Shown here: piece by piece, positions 19,401 through 29,084 of the stretch | Numbering within the stretch: the stretch's first letter is position 1 | Layout: each line of letters starts with the position of its first letter | Source of the DNA: a candidate division WOR-3 bacterium | GTDB lineage: Bacteria; Hydrothermota; Tepidihabitantia; Tepidihabitantales; Tepidihabitantaceae | Direction: 5' to 3' | DNA: 59,669 nt | NCBI GenBank assembly: GCA_965649205.1 | Contig: CBFGJV010000017.1 | Coordinates: forward strand, 1 to 59,669 | Position numbers and translations under genes: made by a program | Notes under the pieces: model-generated | Database searches by the model: none | What the model saw: only the letters and a program-made list of their open reading frames with translations | Told to the model about the DNA's origin: nothing

Positions 19401-22181
19401 AGCTGTGACGCTCCAGTAATAAACACGCCCGTCCTGCAGACCAGAACAAACCAGCACAGTATCGGAATAACCCCTGGCCAGGGTTTCCACTGGCGGATTG
19501 ACTGTATCCAACAACACATAGTATCCGTCTGCCCTCAAGGACTTGGACCAAACCAAGGTATCTATTACCGGTCTGTCAGCTTGGCCATTTTCCGGCTTGA
19601 GAAGCGAAAAAGATGCCGGCTTTTCTTCCACCACTACAATATCCTTCTCAACATAGTCGTTGGTCGGATCTTCATCAGGTCCCAACTCGGTTTGGGCAAG
19701 ACAACGGAAGACCTGCTGTGGCCCGGCCAGCCAGTAATACTGCGAGAAGGTAAACGTACGAGTTTCATCTACGTCAAGGGAGCTGACCATTTCCACGCTG
19801 TCGAACACTACCCCGTCCTTGTTGTCCCATATCGTCACTCGTACACCAAAAGTTTCCACCGTACTACCGTAGTTGGACACATTGACTTGGGGATACACTT
19901 GGGTTTTCTCGCTAACCGTGTCTGCGGGCGACAATATGGCCGAAATTCCCACATCCCGCCTTGCTCCACTAACCCAGTCTACTAGATTATTCGGATCGTT
20001 ATCATAGTCTTCACCCCAGCGGGTTCCACCACCATAACTTACAACTACCCTGCCGACCGTGGTCAGCTTTTCTATATTGCTGCCGGCTGTACCGTAAAAA
20101 CTGAGATTAGTGATGTTAGTGAGGAACTGATTATTCTCTATCTTCAGCATCGGTCCTGCTAAATCGCCATGGTCAAAAACACAGCTGGAAAAATTATCTA
20201 CTGAGTCAATGATTGCTCCGAACTCAATATTTATCCCAGAATTATCCATCCATTGGAAAATAGCCCTTCTGGCAGCAATGGTCGCCCCAGACGCCACCAC
20301 AAAATTGTAGGGAAATCCCTCGCTGGCTGCGACTACCTTGGCGCGTGTACCTCCTGTCCCCACCGCAGAAAACCTGCCGCCGTTTATCCTCACGCTGCCA
20401 GCATTTGAGCTAGTACCAAGGGTGAGAACATTTCTGCCTATCGCAAATGTGCCAGAATTTACTGTAAGCCTATCAACCACCTGCAGGGCATCTGTTAGGC
20501 TTATGCTCCCAAAACCTTTGTCTATGGTAAGGCGATAGAAACTGGCACCGGCAGAAGTCACCGTATGCTCTCCTGTTCCTGTAAATGTCACCTGCCGGCT
20601 GCCATGAGAATAACTGCCTGTATTCGACCAACTCCCGGAGACATAAATATCCGCCGCCTGCGCCAGGCTTCCCTCATTGCTGACACTTCCCACGACATAA
20701 CCCTTACCCGCGCTAAAACTCCCGCCCAGAGTAAGTGACGCTCCCGCCTTGACTACAATACCTTCTGCCACCGTTACAGAACGACTGAGCGCACCGCTAC
20801 CCGAACTGAAAACTACTGCACCACCCATTTTCTCCACCAACAGTCTGTTGAAATCCCAGATGCTAGAAACGCTAGTTTGAGAATTGTGCAACACGACACT
20901 GGACCCCGCGCTCCCCACAAACTTAACCAGCGCGCTTCCAGTAGCCCGGAATACGCTATTGTTAGTAGCTAACACATCCCCACTGAAGGAAACCGTGCCG
21001 GCACTTGCATACCAACCACCGTCTCCCGATGCCGGACCCAATACGAGCTGGATGCCAGTACCCGTGTAATTGATCTCCCCCCCACCGCAATCAAAACGCG
21101 CCATTCCCCCCAATTGATGCTCCCTAATAATGAGACTAGGGTTCTCTGAAACCAGTACCGTGGCCGGAAATGCCGCACTCTGGTTCAAGTAGAACAAACT
21201 AACTGCGCTCGTCCCAGTTATGACCAAACGACCGTCAAAGGTGCCTCGCAGCTCGCCAGCTTCCACCAACAAACTTTGGCCATTAGTCAGCAGAGTACCG
21301 CGCACCAGCTCCACAGCCGGACCTGCACTTCCATCATACGACAAAGTAAGACCGCAATTCAGGGTCACTTCATCGTAAACGGAAGCCTTTTCAATGGACA
21401 GACGTCCCAAGAGGAGAGCAGACACGCTGCTCACGGCTGACTTTCCCGCTCCCGTCAAAACCAGAAGGCTGTTCTTGCCCATCGCAACGGTACCAGTATT
21501 TGTGAAACTCCCGGCCAAGGTTAGCCTACCAGTCTGAACCACAAGACTGCCCTTGTTCACCATTCCAGCCGGAAGAGTAATACTGCCGCTTGTACTGCTG
21601 AGCGTACCATCATTCGTGAAATCTCCGCCGCCGGTTACAGTCAGGCTGCCGGTACCTAGAGCTAACACACCGGAATACGTGTTGACTAATCCCCAGTTGC
21701 CCTGTATCACCAAGCTCCCGCCACTGAAATTCATGATTCCAGAGTTGGTCAAACCGCCAGAACCCGTGCGCACGGTTATCGTTGCACCTGCCACCGACTC
21801 TACCGTGCCGGTATTGACAAAATCCAGAGCAGAAATGGAGCTCGACCTCGGCCAGCGTAACACGCCATCATTGCGAAGTCTATATACTATGTTTAGAGGA
21901 AAACTGCGCGTAGCGGTTAAAATACCGCCAGGCTGAATCTCCACCTGACTCACCGTATAAGTTCTTCCTGCGTCATAGCGGACAGTGTGACGAATAATGA
22001 CTGTATCTGACGACGTTCTGGGTATACCTGGTGGGCTCCAAGTAGTCTGCTGCGTCCACCGCCCCGACGTCACGCTTATGTACTGTGCGGCCAACAACAG
22101 TTCTGACGCTGCAAGAAATAAACCAAGACTAAAAACCACTCTGCAAAACTTCATGCGCACCATCCTTAGTTTAATTCCCAT
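16482..22181 (-). CDS. Giant secreted multidomain protein: beta-helix-like N-region, CARDB/Ig and FN3 repeats, beta-propeller, T9SS-type C-terminal sorting domain
   Basis: Signal peptide; Gly/Thr/Asn-rich region; three YYWxVxAxN FN3 repeats; four DVGV/DAAV...NDT CARDB-like units; KGNKTVDFYQY/KGNSTLGFWRY/LKGG blades; C-terminal PNP...VYDALGRVV...PAGVYLVRV...KLVIQK. Confidence 0.8.
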   Translation of the reverse strand: MGIKLRMVRMKFCRVVFSLGLFLAASELLLAAQYISVTSGRWTQQTTWSPPGIPRTSSDTVIIRHTVRYDAGRTYTVSQVEIQPGGILTATRSFPLNIVYRLRNDGVLRWPRSSSISALDFVNTGTVESVAGATITVRTGSGGLTNSGIMNFSGGSLVIQGNWGLVNTYSGVLALGTGSLTVTGGGDFTNDGTLSSTSGSITLPAGMVNKGSLVVQTGRLTLAGSFTNTGTVAMGKNSLLVLTGAGKSAVSSVSALLLGRLSIEKASVYDEVTLNCGLTLSYDGSAGPAVELVRGTLLTNGQSLLVEAGELRGTFDGRLVITGTSAVSLFYLNQSAAFPATVLVSENPSLIIREHQLGGMARFDCGGGEINYTGTGIQLVLGPASGDGGWYASAGTVSFSGDVLATNNSVFRATGSALVKFVGSAGSSVVLHNSQTSVSSIWDFNRLLVEKMGGAVVFSSGSGALSRSVTVAEGIVVKAGASLTLGGSFSAGKGYVVGSVSNEGSLAQAADIYVSGSWSNTGSYSHGSRQVTFTGTGEHTVTSAGASFYRLTIDKGFGSISLTDALQVVDRLTVNSGTFAIGRNVLTLGTSSNAGSVRINGGRFSAVGTGGTRAKVVAASEGFPYNFVVASGATIAARRAIFQWMDNSGINIEFGAIIDSVDNFSSCVFDHGDLAGPMLKIENNQFLTNITNLSFYGTAGSNIEKLTTVGRVVVSYGGGTRWGEDYDNDPNNLVDWVSGARRDVGISAILSPADTVSEKTQVYPQVNVSNYGSTVETFGVRVTIWDNKDGVVFDSVEMVSSLDVDETRTFTFSQYYWLAGPQQVFRCLAQTELGPDEDPTNDYVEKDIVVVEEKPASFSLLKPENGQADRPVIDTLVWSKSLRADGYYVLLDTVNPPVETLARGYSDTVLVCSGLQDGRVYYWSVTARNPGGRTESEVNSFKTMLAPALPQLSSPMNGALDQGISGTLSWVGAARATGYDVYLDTVNPPQVLRSANQVNTSFNYSGLINDRRYYWKVVARNAGGITSSGIWSFTTVVARPGSFSLSTPPNGSTGLPLSGLLTWRSAPRAVWYDVYLDRYTHPITKIGWDITDTVLPYTNWVTNDNKYYWRVVAKNAGGATLCNSTFNFRTEPLNTAPDAAVTTIYAPTSGILDTGATVIPAVTVANVGPVVFGCKVWFTVVQEGYGPVYRDSCFISELAIGSTMPVNFRPWLAPHAFGNYAARCSVYVPTDGNPANDTLGVLVRVLPPAEYDVGVVKIHAPGGSLDTSATVVPRVTVKNYGVNRTTAFQVFVSFYDQTAAKVYEQSIGVEALESGQSRTLVLPAWPKPYNSGPYLVRCSTYLAYDDNPANDLMQGSFAIVDNPIHDVGVSSILLPAGSVSAGTVVLPAVRVANYESYDAVCELHLIIEQGGRIAYEAYENDLFIPGDDTFIFFFSRPWTASPGGKYSVRAYTVLGTDVAPGNDTVGGSCYVVSQPGWTPAAPMPQVPTPLAPKDGAWLTYHAGKGLVYAAKGNKTVDFYQYDPATDAWTKRCNIPQEEEGKNKPPAKGCVGVTDGGNSIFMVKGNSTLGFWRYDISGDSWQQMPSVPKGAGKKVKGGTDAVYVFHNDTGYIYLLKGGKTEFYRFNIQAQRWDTLESVPYFEKPKYDRGSFLVYDGEDNIYAHQAVCNNGTNHFLFRYSISTQSWLRTPLRGMPLAGLEGGGVKQKKSKDGASGTWYGGSIFALKGGNTCQFYRYSAEADTWYELDTMPQLGRGSDKPKRVKAGADIVSIGDGVFYALKGGKSYELWSYTLPILGISAGGGDTSKVVPDYRATLPFSSFSLRPNPVADGWVSIRLSLPQTGLLAVKVYDALGRVVLSQAPAFGRETSSIVLDMRSFPAGVYLVRVGTELATYTGKLVIQK

Positions 22182-22225
22182 CCCTTTACGGCGTAGCCGT
22201 TACTGCGCATCTCCTACCTCATTAC

Positions 22226-25200
22226 TTACTTTTTCAGAACTATTCTCCGGGTCCAAAACTCACCGCCTGCCTCTAATCTCACCAGATAGGTGCCACTCGA
22301 CAATCTGCGCAGGTCCAGAGAAATGCCGCTATACCAGTTATCTTTACTAAGTTCCTGCATATACACACATCTACCTGTTGCGTCGAAGATTCGTATCTGA
22401 CCAGCCATTCGTGCACCCGCTTTATCTTCTAGGCGGAAGAATACTACGCCCGGCTTCAATGCACTCGGAGACAGGCCGAACCTTAATCTACTAGACTGTG
22501 CCTGGCTTGTCCGGCTGTTATACTCCCACCTCTGGTCTGCGGTCAGTCCTGCGGGTTCCCAGTATCGCCATAACTCTCGCGTCTTTCCGCCCTTCAGCGC
22601 CAAGAAGTATCCGCCGCCCAGAGAAATCAAATCACCACCCGCCTTGACTTTTTTCTTGCTCAAAGAAGAGCCATAACTGGGCATAGTATCTAGTTCATGC
22701 CAGACCTCGGTACTGGGATCAAATCTGTAAAACTCACAAGTACCACCGCCTTTCAAGGCATACAGGGAGCCGTTATACCATACGCCCGCCGCACCATCAC
22801 CCGAACGTTTTACTCTTCCCTCCGTATTCATCAAAGGCATTCCAGGAATGAAACGACCGTCCCAGTCCATCTGCTCAAGGTCAAATCGGAACATGAAGTG
22901 ATTAGTAGGAGTACGGTACTTGGCTTGGTGGCAATAAATGCTCTTGTTGCCGTCGTAAACCAGAAATGAGCCCTTTTCGTATTTGGGATTTGCCTCACCC
23001 AGAGGCGCAGGTTTCATAGTATCCCATCTAGCGGCAATAGTGTTATAGCGGTAAAACTCATTACCCACCCCCTTCAAAAGATAAACCCAGCCAGTATCTC
23101 CCTTCCGCACAAAGACCAGGTCCGTCCCGCCTTTAACCTTTTTGCCAGCACGCCCCTCAGGCACATCTGGCAGTCTGTGCCAGGAATCACCATCTGCATG
23201 GTAACGCCAGAATCCAAGGGTGTTATTACCCTTAGTAGCATACACATGGCCTGCGCCATCAGAAACACCCACCGACCCCTTGTAAGGCAGTTTTTCCTTG
23301 CCATGCTCCATGGTGCCCATACCGGCACGCTTCTGCCAAGAACCATCAGTAAGCTTGTACTCGTAGAAATCTGTACTCTTGTTGCCCTTAGCTACCCAAA
23401 CCACTGGCTCACCAGAAGCGAGTACGCCAGCTGCTAGCCAGGCTCCATCCTTTGCAGCTTTACCGCTGGGCTCAGACAGCATTGGCATGGCTTCCGACCA
23501 TTTCTCCGGCCAATTGGGTCCACCGAAAACGGTAAAGTAGTACCTTGGCCAGAAGAATTCACCCCAGTCTGCCTCATTCCGTGCCCGACACTGCCACCAA
23601 TAGGTCTTACCTGATTCCAATTCTTGACTCACTACCCAAGAGTTAGTTTCGCTATATCCCTCTGCCACCAAGCCCTTACCTACCCCTCCCCTTCCTCCGC
23701 CTTCTTGGTCTTTCATCGGTTCTTCATAAACTTGGAAGTGATATTCCAAAGCACCTTCAATATGTTGTACGGAAAGTTTAGGCCGAACGGTAAACAACAT
23801 TGCCCCATCTTGAGGCTCAACCGGAATCGGTGTCTCAGGCAAAACTCGAGTGCGGAAGTTCCGCCTGGGACTAAAGAAGGCTCCCCAGCCATACTGATTC
23901 TGAGCTCGACACTGCCACCAGTACTCCTTACCATTTTCCAAAGCAGGATACACTGCCCAAGATGGCCGGTCTGTAACTGTTTCTACAACTAACGCGCCTG
24001 TCTCGCCGTCATACACCTGAAAATTGTAAGCAATGGCAGCTGTCACAGGACTTACCGCCAGTGATGGTGTCAAATCTGGGACCTGCTCTCCCGGTTCCGG
24101 GGCAAGCGGGACAGGAGGACCCGGAACAGCTGCAATGCGAAAGCTCCACCGGGGAGAGAAAAAGTTACCCCAACCTGCCGCATTACGTGCCCTGCACTCC
24201 CAAGTGTATTCCAGTCCCCCGGTCAAACCCGGTTCTATTGTCCACTTCGTACCTGCATCCGTAGTTCTGGCTACTACCGTGCCTCCCTGCCAGACCTGAA
24301 ACTCGTAGGCTTCAGCGTCGGTCACCGGCAGAACCTCAAGTTCCGGACATGCGGTATTCACTTCTATGCCGTTCTCAGGAGCAACTGGCTCTGGTGCAAC
24401 CGGTAATATCTTTATTTTGAAGGTCCGACGGGAGGAAAACGCACTCCAACCCGCCACATTGTGCGCTCGACAATCCCAGGTATATGTTCTGCCGTTGACT
24501 AATTCTGGCACAACTACATAAGTCTCGCTGCCAGATGTATACAAATCCGCTCGTTTAATCGTGCCTTCGAAGACGCGAAAGTTATACTGGTCTGCGCCGG
24601 ATACAGGATGGACCTCAAGGGTAGGAGTAAGTGTAGCTAGCTCCTCGTTCTGCGCTGGCGACTTCAGCACTGGCACTGACGGAAGCACGCGTATCTTGAA
24701 ACTGCAGCGTGGCACGAAGTAATCACCCCACCCTTTGGCATTCATCGCCTGGCAGTCCCAGAAATACCACTGAGCATTACCCAGATCCTCATCCAGGGTC
24801 CAAAAATAAGTGCCGGTCTCTACTTGCTTTAGCGGCTCTGAACTTCCCTTCTGAAACACGCGGAATCTGTACAACTGCGCATCGTTGATGGGTGCAACCC
24901 GCAACTGGGGACGATAGGTAGCCACAGAATCTCCGTTAGTCGGAGCTTGAGCAACAGGCCGCGGAGGCACCTGGCCTTCTAGGCGGAAAGCAGCTCGGGG
25001 AGAGAAAAACGGTCCCCAGCCAACTACATTACTATCCCGGCAATCCCATTCGTAGTCATAATTGTCAACACTGAGGTCTGTTGCCGGAAACCAGGACTCG
25101 CTCGTAGAGAATCCTTCAGTTTCCAAGTTTCCATCGCGGAAAATCCGGAAATGTCGCTTCAGTATGCCTGTTGACGAATTCACTTTAAGCGTCGGTCGGT

Positions 25201-26857
25201 AACTGGTCACAATTTCTCCGCCCAAGGGATATTGCGGCACTGGCGGGTTAGGCAGGTCCTCCACCCTGAAGGTCCAACGCGGCTCAAACATCGGACTCCA
25301 TCCGTTTGCAATCTTCGCCCGGCATTCCCACTCATGCCATTGCCCATTGGCCAAAAAAGCGTTCACCCTCCAGGTCCGACTATCAGAGGAATCCTGAGCA
25401 ACAAGGTCTCCGGTCGACGTCCTGTACACCCGAAAATGAAACTTCGTTGCCCCAGGATACTCCTTAACCTCCAGAATTGGTCGTATGGTATCTACTGGCT
25501 CTCCGTTTGCCGGCGACAACGGCTCCGGTGCCAGGCGAACTGTAAAATAACGGACAGGCAAAAAAGGGTCTCCCCAACCAGCAATATTCTTTGCAGCCGC
25601 AGTCCACTGATAAGTTACCCCATTTTCCAAATTCTGGGTCATCGTCCACGAAATCCCGGCGTTTGTAGTACATTCAACCAGCGTCCCGCCCTTATAAACC
25701 CAGAACCCGTAGCAATCGGCACCTGGTACATCCTCCACTACGAAAGTCGGCGTCAGAGTACCCACACTCGCATTCGCGGCCGGTGCTACTGGCACCGGAG
25801 CAGCCGGTTTGGGTATTCTTACAGTAAAAGTCCAACGTGGATAGAAAAACCCGCTCCAGGTACCGTTCTTACGCACTCGACAATCCCACTCGTAAGATTC
25901 TCCATGCAGCAGGTCCTCAGTTACTGTCCAGGCATTACTTGAAGTTACGACGTTGAAAATTGGCTCGGTGACTCCAGATTGGAATAACCGGAACTGGTAA
26001 CTCTCCGCCCCCGTTACAGAAGACACCCGCAGAGTAGGACGAAACACTTCTACCACACTACCATTCTCTGGCTGCAAGGGAGTCGGTCTACTTGGTGCCC
26101 CAGGCACATAATCAACTATTAGCCTGGGTTTGTGCTCGTCATTGCTACCCTCAAAAAGAATCCCCCACCAGTTTCCCGTCCCTTCGTCATCATATCCCAC
26201 TGCAAACCAATCGTCGGCCAACTTGTTCTCCAAGTCCAGGCAAGCCTGAAAAGACAAACCTACGTCCAACCACTTAGCCGGATAAGGGTCGGGGTTCTCA
26301 TATACCCCGTACACGGCACCGCTACCGACGTCCTCGAAAAGCGCTTGAGCATCTCCAGATTGAGGTCTGACAGAAATATCTCTAAGAATCACGCGGTCCG
26401 GCACCGGGAGGGGCTGGGTCTCACCGGATGGATAACAATAGCTACTACAACGCAACCCCAGTATGGTACTACCATCAGGAATAGAACCTACATTCCACTC
26501 TGCAAATGCACGATACTCATATTCCTGTCCCGGGTATCTGGCATCCGTGCCGCACCTTATCGTCCTCTGTTCACTCTTGAAGTATAATCCCCAGACAGTA
26601 TACACGTGTCCGCTATAACCGGCTTCAACAGGAACTATAGTGCTTTCTGCGTCAGCCAAATCAGAAGCGAGTATTATCGCTCGGACCGAACCGTCGCCAT
26701 TAGAAAAATGTCTTGCATTCGCAGTGCGTAACTCCACCAGTTCGGTGCCTCTGGGCAGAAAGCCGGAGGAAGCAAATACTCCGGCATGCCCGGCAATGCT
26801 GACGCCACCCAGAATTAGCGACAATATAACGATAAAGCAAGACTGTCGTGTTCTCAC
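22226..26857 (-). CDS. Giant secreted protein: nine tandem Ig/FN3-like repeats, beta-propeller, T9SS-type C-terminal domain
   Basis: Signal peptide, SD GGGAGG before GTG. Nine ~95-aa repeats (PxPxxPxNG...PxLxV...YxWxCRAxNxxGWG.FF.PR). Same propeller as its neighbour. C-terminal IFDATGRCV...SSGTYLVRL...RIVLKK. Confidence 0.82.
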   Translation of the reverse strand: MRTRQSCFIVILSLILGGVSIAGHAGVFASSGFLPRGTELVELRTANARHFSNGDGSVRAIILASDLADAESTIVPVEAGYSGHVYTVWGLYFKSEQRTIRCGTDARYPGQEYEYRAFAEWNVGSIPDGSTILGLRCSSYCYPSGETQPLPVPDRVILRDISVRPQSGDAQALFEDVGSGAVYGVYENPDPYPAKWLDVGLSFQACLDLENKLADDWFAVGYDDEGTGNWWGILFEGSNDEHKPRLIVDYVPGAPSRPTPLQPENGSVVEVFRPTLRVSSVTGAESYQFRLFQSGVTEPIFNVVTSSNAWTVTEDLLHGESYEWDCRVRKNGTWSGFFYPRWTFTVRIPKPAAPVPVAPAANASVGTLTPTFVVEDVPGADCYGFWVYKGGTLVECTTNAGISWTMTQNLENGVTYQWTAAAKNIAGWGDPFLPVRYFTVRLAPEPLSPANGEPVDTIRPILEVKEYPGATKFHFRVYRTSTGDLVAQDSSDSRTWRVNAFLANGQWHEWECRAKIANGWSPMFEPRWTFRVEDLPNPPVPQYPLGGEIVTSYRPTLKVNSSTGILKRHFRIFRDGNLETEGFSTSESWFPATDLSVDNYDYEWDCRDSNVVGWGPFFSPRAAFRLEGQVPPRPVAQAPTNGDSVATYRPQLRVAPINDAQLYRFRVFQKGSSEPLKQVETGTYFWTLDEDLGNAQWYFWDCQAMNAKGWGDYFVPRCSFKIRVLPSVPVLKSPAQNEELATLTPTLEVHPVSGADQYNFRVFEGTIKRADLYTSGSETYVVVPELVNGRTYTWDCRAHNVAGWSAFSSRRTFKIKILPVAPEPVAPENGIEVNTACPELEVLPVTDAEAYEFQVWQGGTVVARTTDAGTKWTIEPGLTGGLEYTWECRARNAAGWGNFFSPRWSFRIAAVPGPPVPLAPEPGEQVPDLTPSLAVSPVTAAIAYNFQVYDGETGALVVETVTDRPSWAVYPALENGKEYWWQCRAQNQYGWGAFFSPRRNFRTRVLPETPIPVEPQDGAMLFTVRPKLSVQHIEGALEYHFQVYEEPMKDQEGGGRGGVGKGLVAEGYSETNSWVVSQELESGKTYWWQCRARNEADWGEFFWPRYYFTVFGGPNWPEKWSEAMPMLSEPSGKAAKDGAWLAAGVLASGEPVVWVAKGNKSTDFYEYKLTDGSWQKRAGMGTMEHGKEKLPYKGSVGVSDGAGHVYATKGNNTLGFWRYHADGDSWHRLPDVPEGRAGKKVKGGTDLVFVRKGDTGWVYLLKGVGNEFYRYNTIAARWDTMKPAPLGEANPKYEKGSFLVYDGNKSIYCHQAKYRTPTNHFMFRFDLEQMDWDGRFIPGMPLMNTEGRVKRSGDGAAGVWYNGSLYALKGGGTCEFYRFDPSTEVWHELDTMPSYGSSLSKKKVKAGGDLISLGGGYFLALKGGKTRELWRYWEPAGLTADQRWEYNSRTSQAQSSRLRFGLSPSALKPGVVFFRLEDKAGARMAGQIRIFDATGRCVYMQELSKDNWYSGISLDLRRLSSGTYLVRLEAGGEFWTRRIVLKK

Positions 26858-26987
26858 TTTTCCTCCCAGTCAGGTATTACCCAAACAAGATACACTCGAT
26901 CGCGCAGTCAGCCTAGTCTCAACTGCGTGGCCTCCACCCCAACAGCGCTTTTTTCAAAGCGTTACCGCATTTCTCCCCGAGCGTAAT

Positions 26988-27017
26988 ATTATAAGCAGCC
27001 CGCTTAGCAGGTGTCAA
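26988..27017 (-). promoter_or_regulatory. Consensus sigma70 promoter for the two giant secreted proteins
   Basis: Minus strand TTGACA-N18-TATAAT, both hexamers perfect. Confidence 0.6.
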
Positions 27018-27119
27018 CTGCAGTCAAGACAAGAAAGCCGGGTCCTAAAAGGAAAAAAATTGTAGCCCGTAATCCCCAGAATAGACTATGGCTAAGGACA
27101 GCAAACCCACCTATGCCCT

Positions 27120-29012
27120 TCAGTCGAAACTGGCTAACCAGACCCGCATCTGCCCCTGCTTTCTATTCCCCCAAGCAAAATAGGGAATTGCTCTGACAGT
27201 TACCGGCTTTGTGATGTAATTCCCCGCACTATACAAGCGTTGCTTCCAGCCCTTATCAGTCACCCATTCTGCTTTTCCTTCGAGTGTCAATATACCTGGC
27301 AAAGAACGATGCTCTCTGGGAACAAACCGGCCCTTATAAGGAACAACCAGCCTGTGCAAAGGCAAACAGTTGTCTGCTTGTTCGACGCAATAAACCAACG
27401 GCCCTCGCATCAATGCAATCCAACCCAGGTTCTGCCTGACCTCCGGGTGCGCACGCATTTTTTCGACAGGCATTGCCAGATTTAACTCTATCCTGTCTTC
27501 TGAACGCCACAGTCGCGACAAAACAAGCCAGCCTCGGGATACCCGTGGCCTACGCAAGCATTCAGAATTAACTTTCAGCGAGAAGCTATGACACCAACCA
27601 GGAATCCGCAGCCGCAAAGAAAAACGGACCGGCATCCGTGTCTCCAAACGTAGACAGACTCGACCGGACCAAGGATAATCTGTATCTTGTGTAACACCAA
27701 CTTCCTCGCCGGAAACCTGCATCCTGGCTGAACTCGGCACGTACAAATTGACGGCCAGTGAATCCGCTTTAACCATATAAACGAACCTGCCTACTGCCGC
27801 AACCAGCCGCGCCAGATTGGATGGACAACAGGCGCAGTCAAACCAAGACTTACGATAAACATCACCCTCGCTGGCTAGCGGATTGCAATAAGAAAACTTT
27901 GCTCCATCCAGAGAAATACCGGCCAGAACGCCATTGTACAACGCCTGCTCCAAAACATCAGCATATCGGGCATCACCTTCCAGAAGCAGCATCCTGTGGG
28001 CCCAGAACACAAGTCCGACTGCCGCACAGGTTTCTGCATAAGCCGTTTCGTTAGGCAAATCATAATCACGGGTAAAGCCTTCATTCTGACTCGAAGTGCC
28101 TACGCCACCGGTAAGATACAACCTTCTTTCTGTTAAATGTCTCCAGAGACGGCGACAGGTTTCCCGTAAAGAGCAATCTCCTGTTTCGGCCGCCAAGTCG
28201 GTCATGGCCGAGTAGATATACATCGCCCTTACCGCATGTCCAGTCACCTCCCTCTGTTCTCGTAACGGAAGGTGAGCCTGACAATAAGCATAGGTCCCTG
28301 CCCACCATTGAGCCGGGTCTTCTCCTCGCTCTCTAGCTTCAAGGTCGAAATAGTGCGGCTGGCATCCTCGTTCATCCACGAAGAATTTGGCCAGTTGTAG
28401 ATACTTCTTTTCTCCTGTTGTACGATAAAGCCTGATTAGAGCCAACTCTATCTCAGGGTGACCGCAGTATCCGCGCTTCTGTCCCGTCCTTGGTCCGAAC
28501 ACTTCATTAATATAGTCAGCATAGCGACAGACCGCGCGCAACAAGTCGTCCCGGCCCAAAGCTTCGTAACGGGCAATCCCGGCCTCTATCAAGTGGCCAG
28601 CGCAATATAGCTCATGATTGTCCCGCAGATTGGTCCAGCGTTTGTCCGGCTCCACTACGGTGAAATGAGTATTAATGTAGCCATCCGACTGCTGAGCCGA
28701 ACAGATAAGCTGTACAACTTCTTCCAGTTTACGTCCGAGCGTGTCGGAATTGTGATCCGACAGACTATAGCTCACCGCCTCCACCCATTTGGCCACGTCC
28801 GAGTCCCAGAAAATGTGCGGCACTGGTGTTTTGCCTGGTTTCCAGTTCAAACGGAATGCATCGACGCGGCCCGTCTTCTTCATTTGACGGTATATGGCAG
28901 GCAAGGTTCGCTCTCGCAGAAGGTCAAGATAAAACCGCCAGAAGCCACTTTCTATTCCTACGCTTCGCAATTCAACCGGAGTAAAAAGTCCGTAAGGCAT
29001 ACGGCAATTCAT
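27120..29012 (-). CDS. Glycoside hydrolase family 127 (beta-L-arabinofuranosidase-like)
   Basis: FWDSDVAKWVEA, HELYCAGHLIEA, GHPEIELAL, GHAVRAMY, YAETCAAVG, CACCPSN, IPYFAWGNR. The start may be ATG 29000. Confidence 0.93.
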   Translation of the reverse strand: MNCRMPYGLFTPVELRSVGIESGFWRFYLDLLRERTLPAIYRQMKKTGRVDAFRLNWKPGKTPVPHIFWDSDVAKWVEAVSYSLSDHNSDTLGRKLEEVVQLICSAQQSDGYINTHFTVVEPDKRWTNLRDNHELYCAGHLIEAGIARYEALGRDDLLRAVCRYADYINEVFGPRTGQKRGYCGHPEIELALIRLYRTTGEKKYLQLAKFFVDERGCQPHYFDLEARERGEDPAQWWAGTYAYCQAHLPLREQREVTGHAVRAMYIYSAMTDLAAETGDCSLRETCRRLWRHLTERRLYLTGGVGTSSQNEGFTRDYDLPNETAYAETCAAVGLVFWAHRMLLLEGDARYADVLEQALYNGVLAGISLDGAKFSYCNPLASEGDVYRKSWFDCACCPSNLARLVAAVGRFVYMVKADSLAVNLYVPSSARMQVSGEEVGVTQDTDYPWSGRVCLRLETRMPVRFSLRLRIPGWCHSFSLKVNSECLRRPRVSRGWLVLSRLWRSEDRIELNLAMPVEKMRAHPEVRQNLGWIALMRGPLVYCVEQADNCLPLHRLVVPYKGRFVPREHRSLPGILTLEGKAEWVTDKGWKQRLYSAGNYITKPVTVRAIPYFAWGNRKQGQMRVWLASFD

Positions 29013-29050
29013 ACACTATTCCGCTCGCAAAGTCAAACAGACCGGTCATC

Positions 29051-29078
29051 TTGACATAGTGTAGCAAGCGTAGAGAAT
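29051..29078 (+). promoter_or_regulatory. Possible sigma70 promoter for the lptE-rlmD-amidohydrolase-polX run
   Basis: TTGACA-N16-GAGAAT, 6 nt before GTG 29085; imperfect -10. Confidence 0.45.
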
Positions 29079-29084
29079 GAAACA

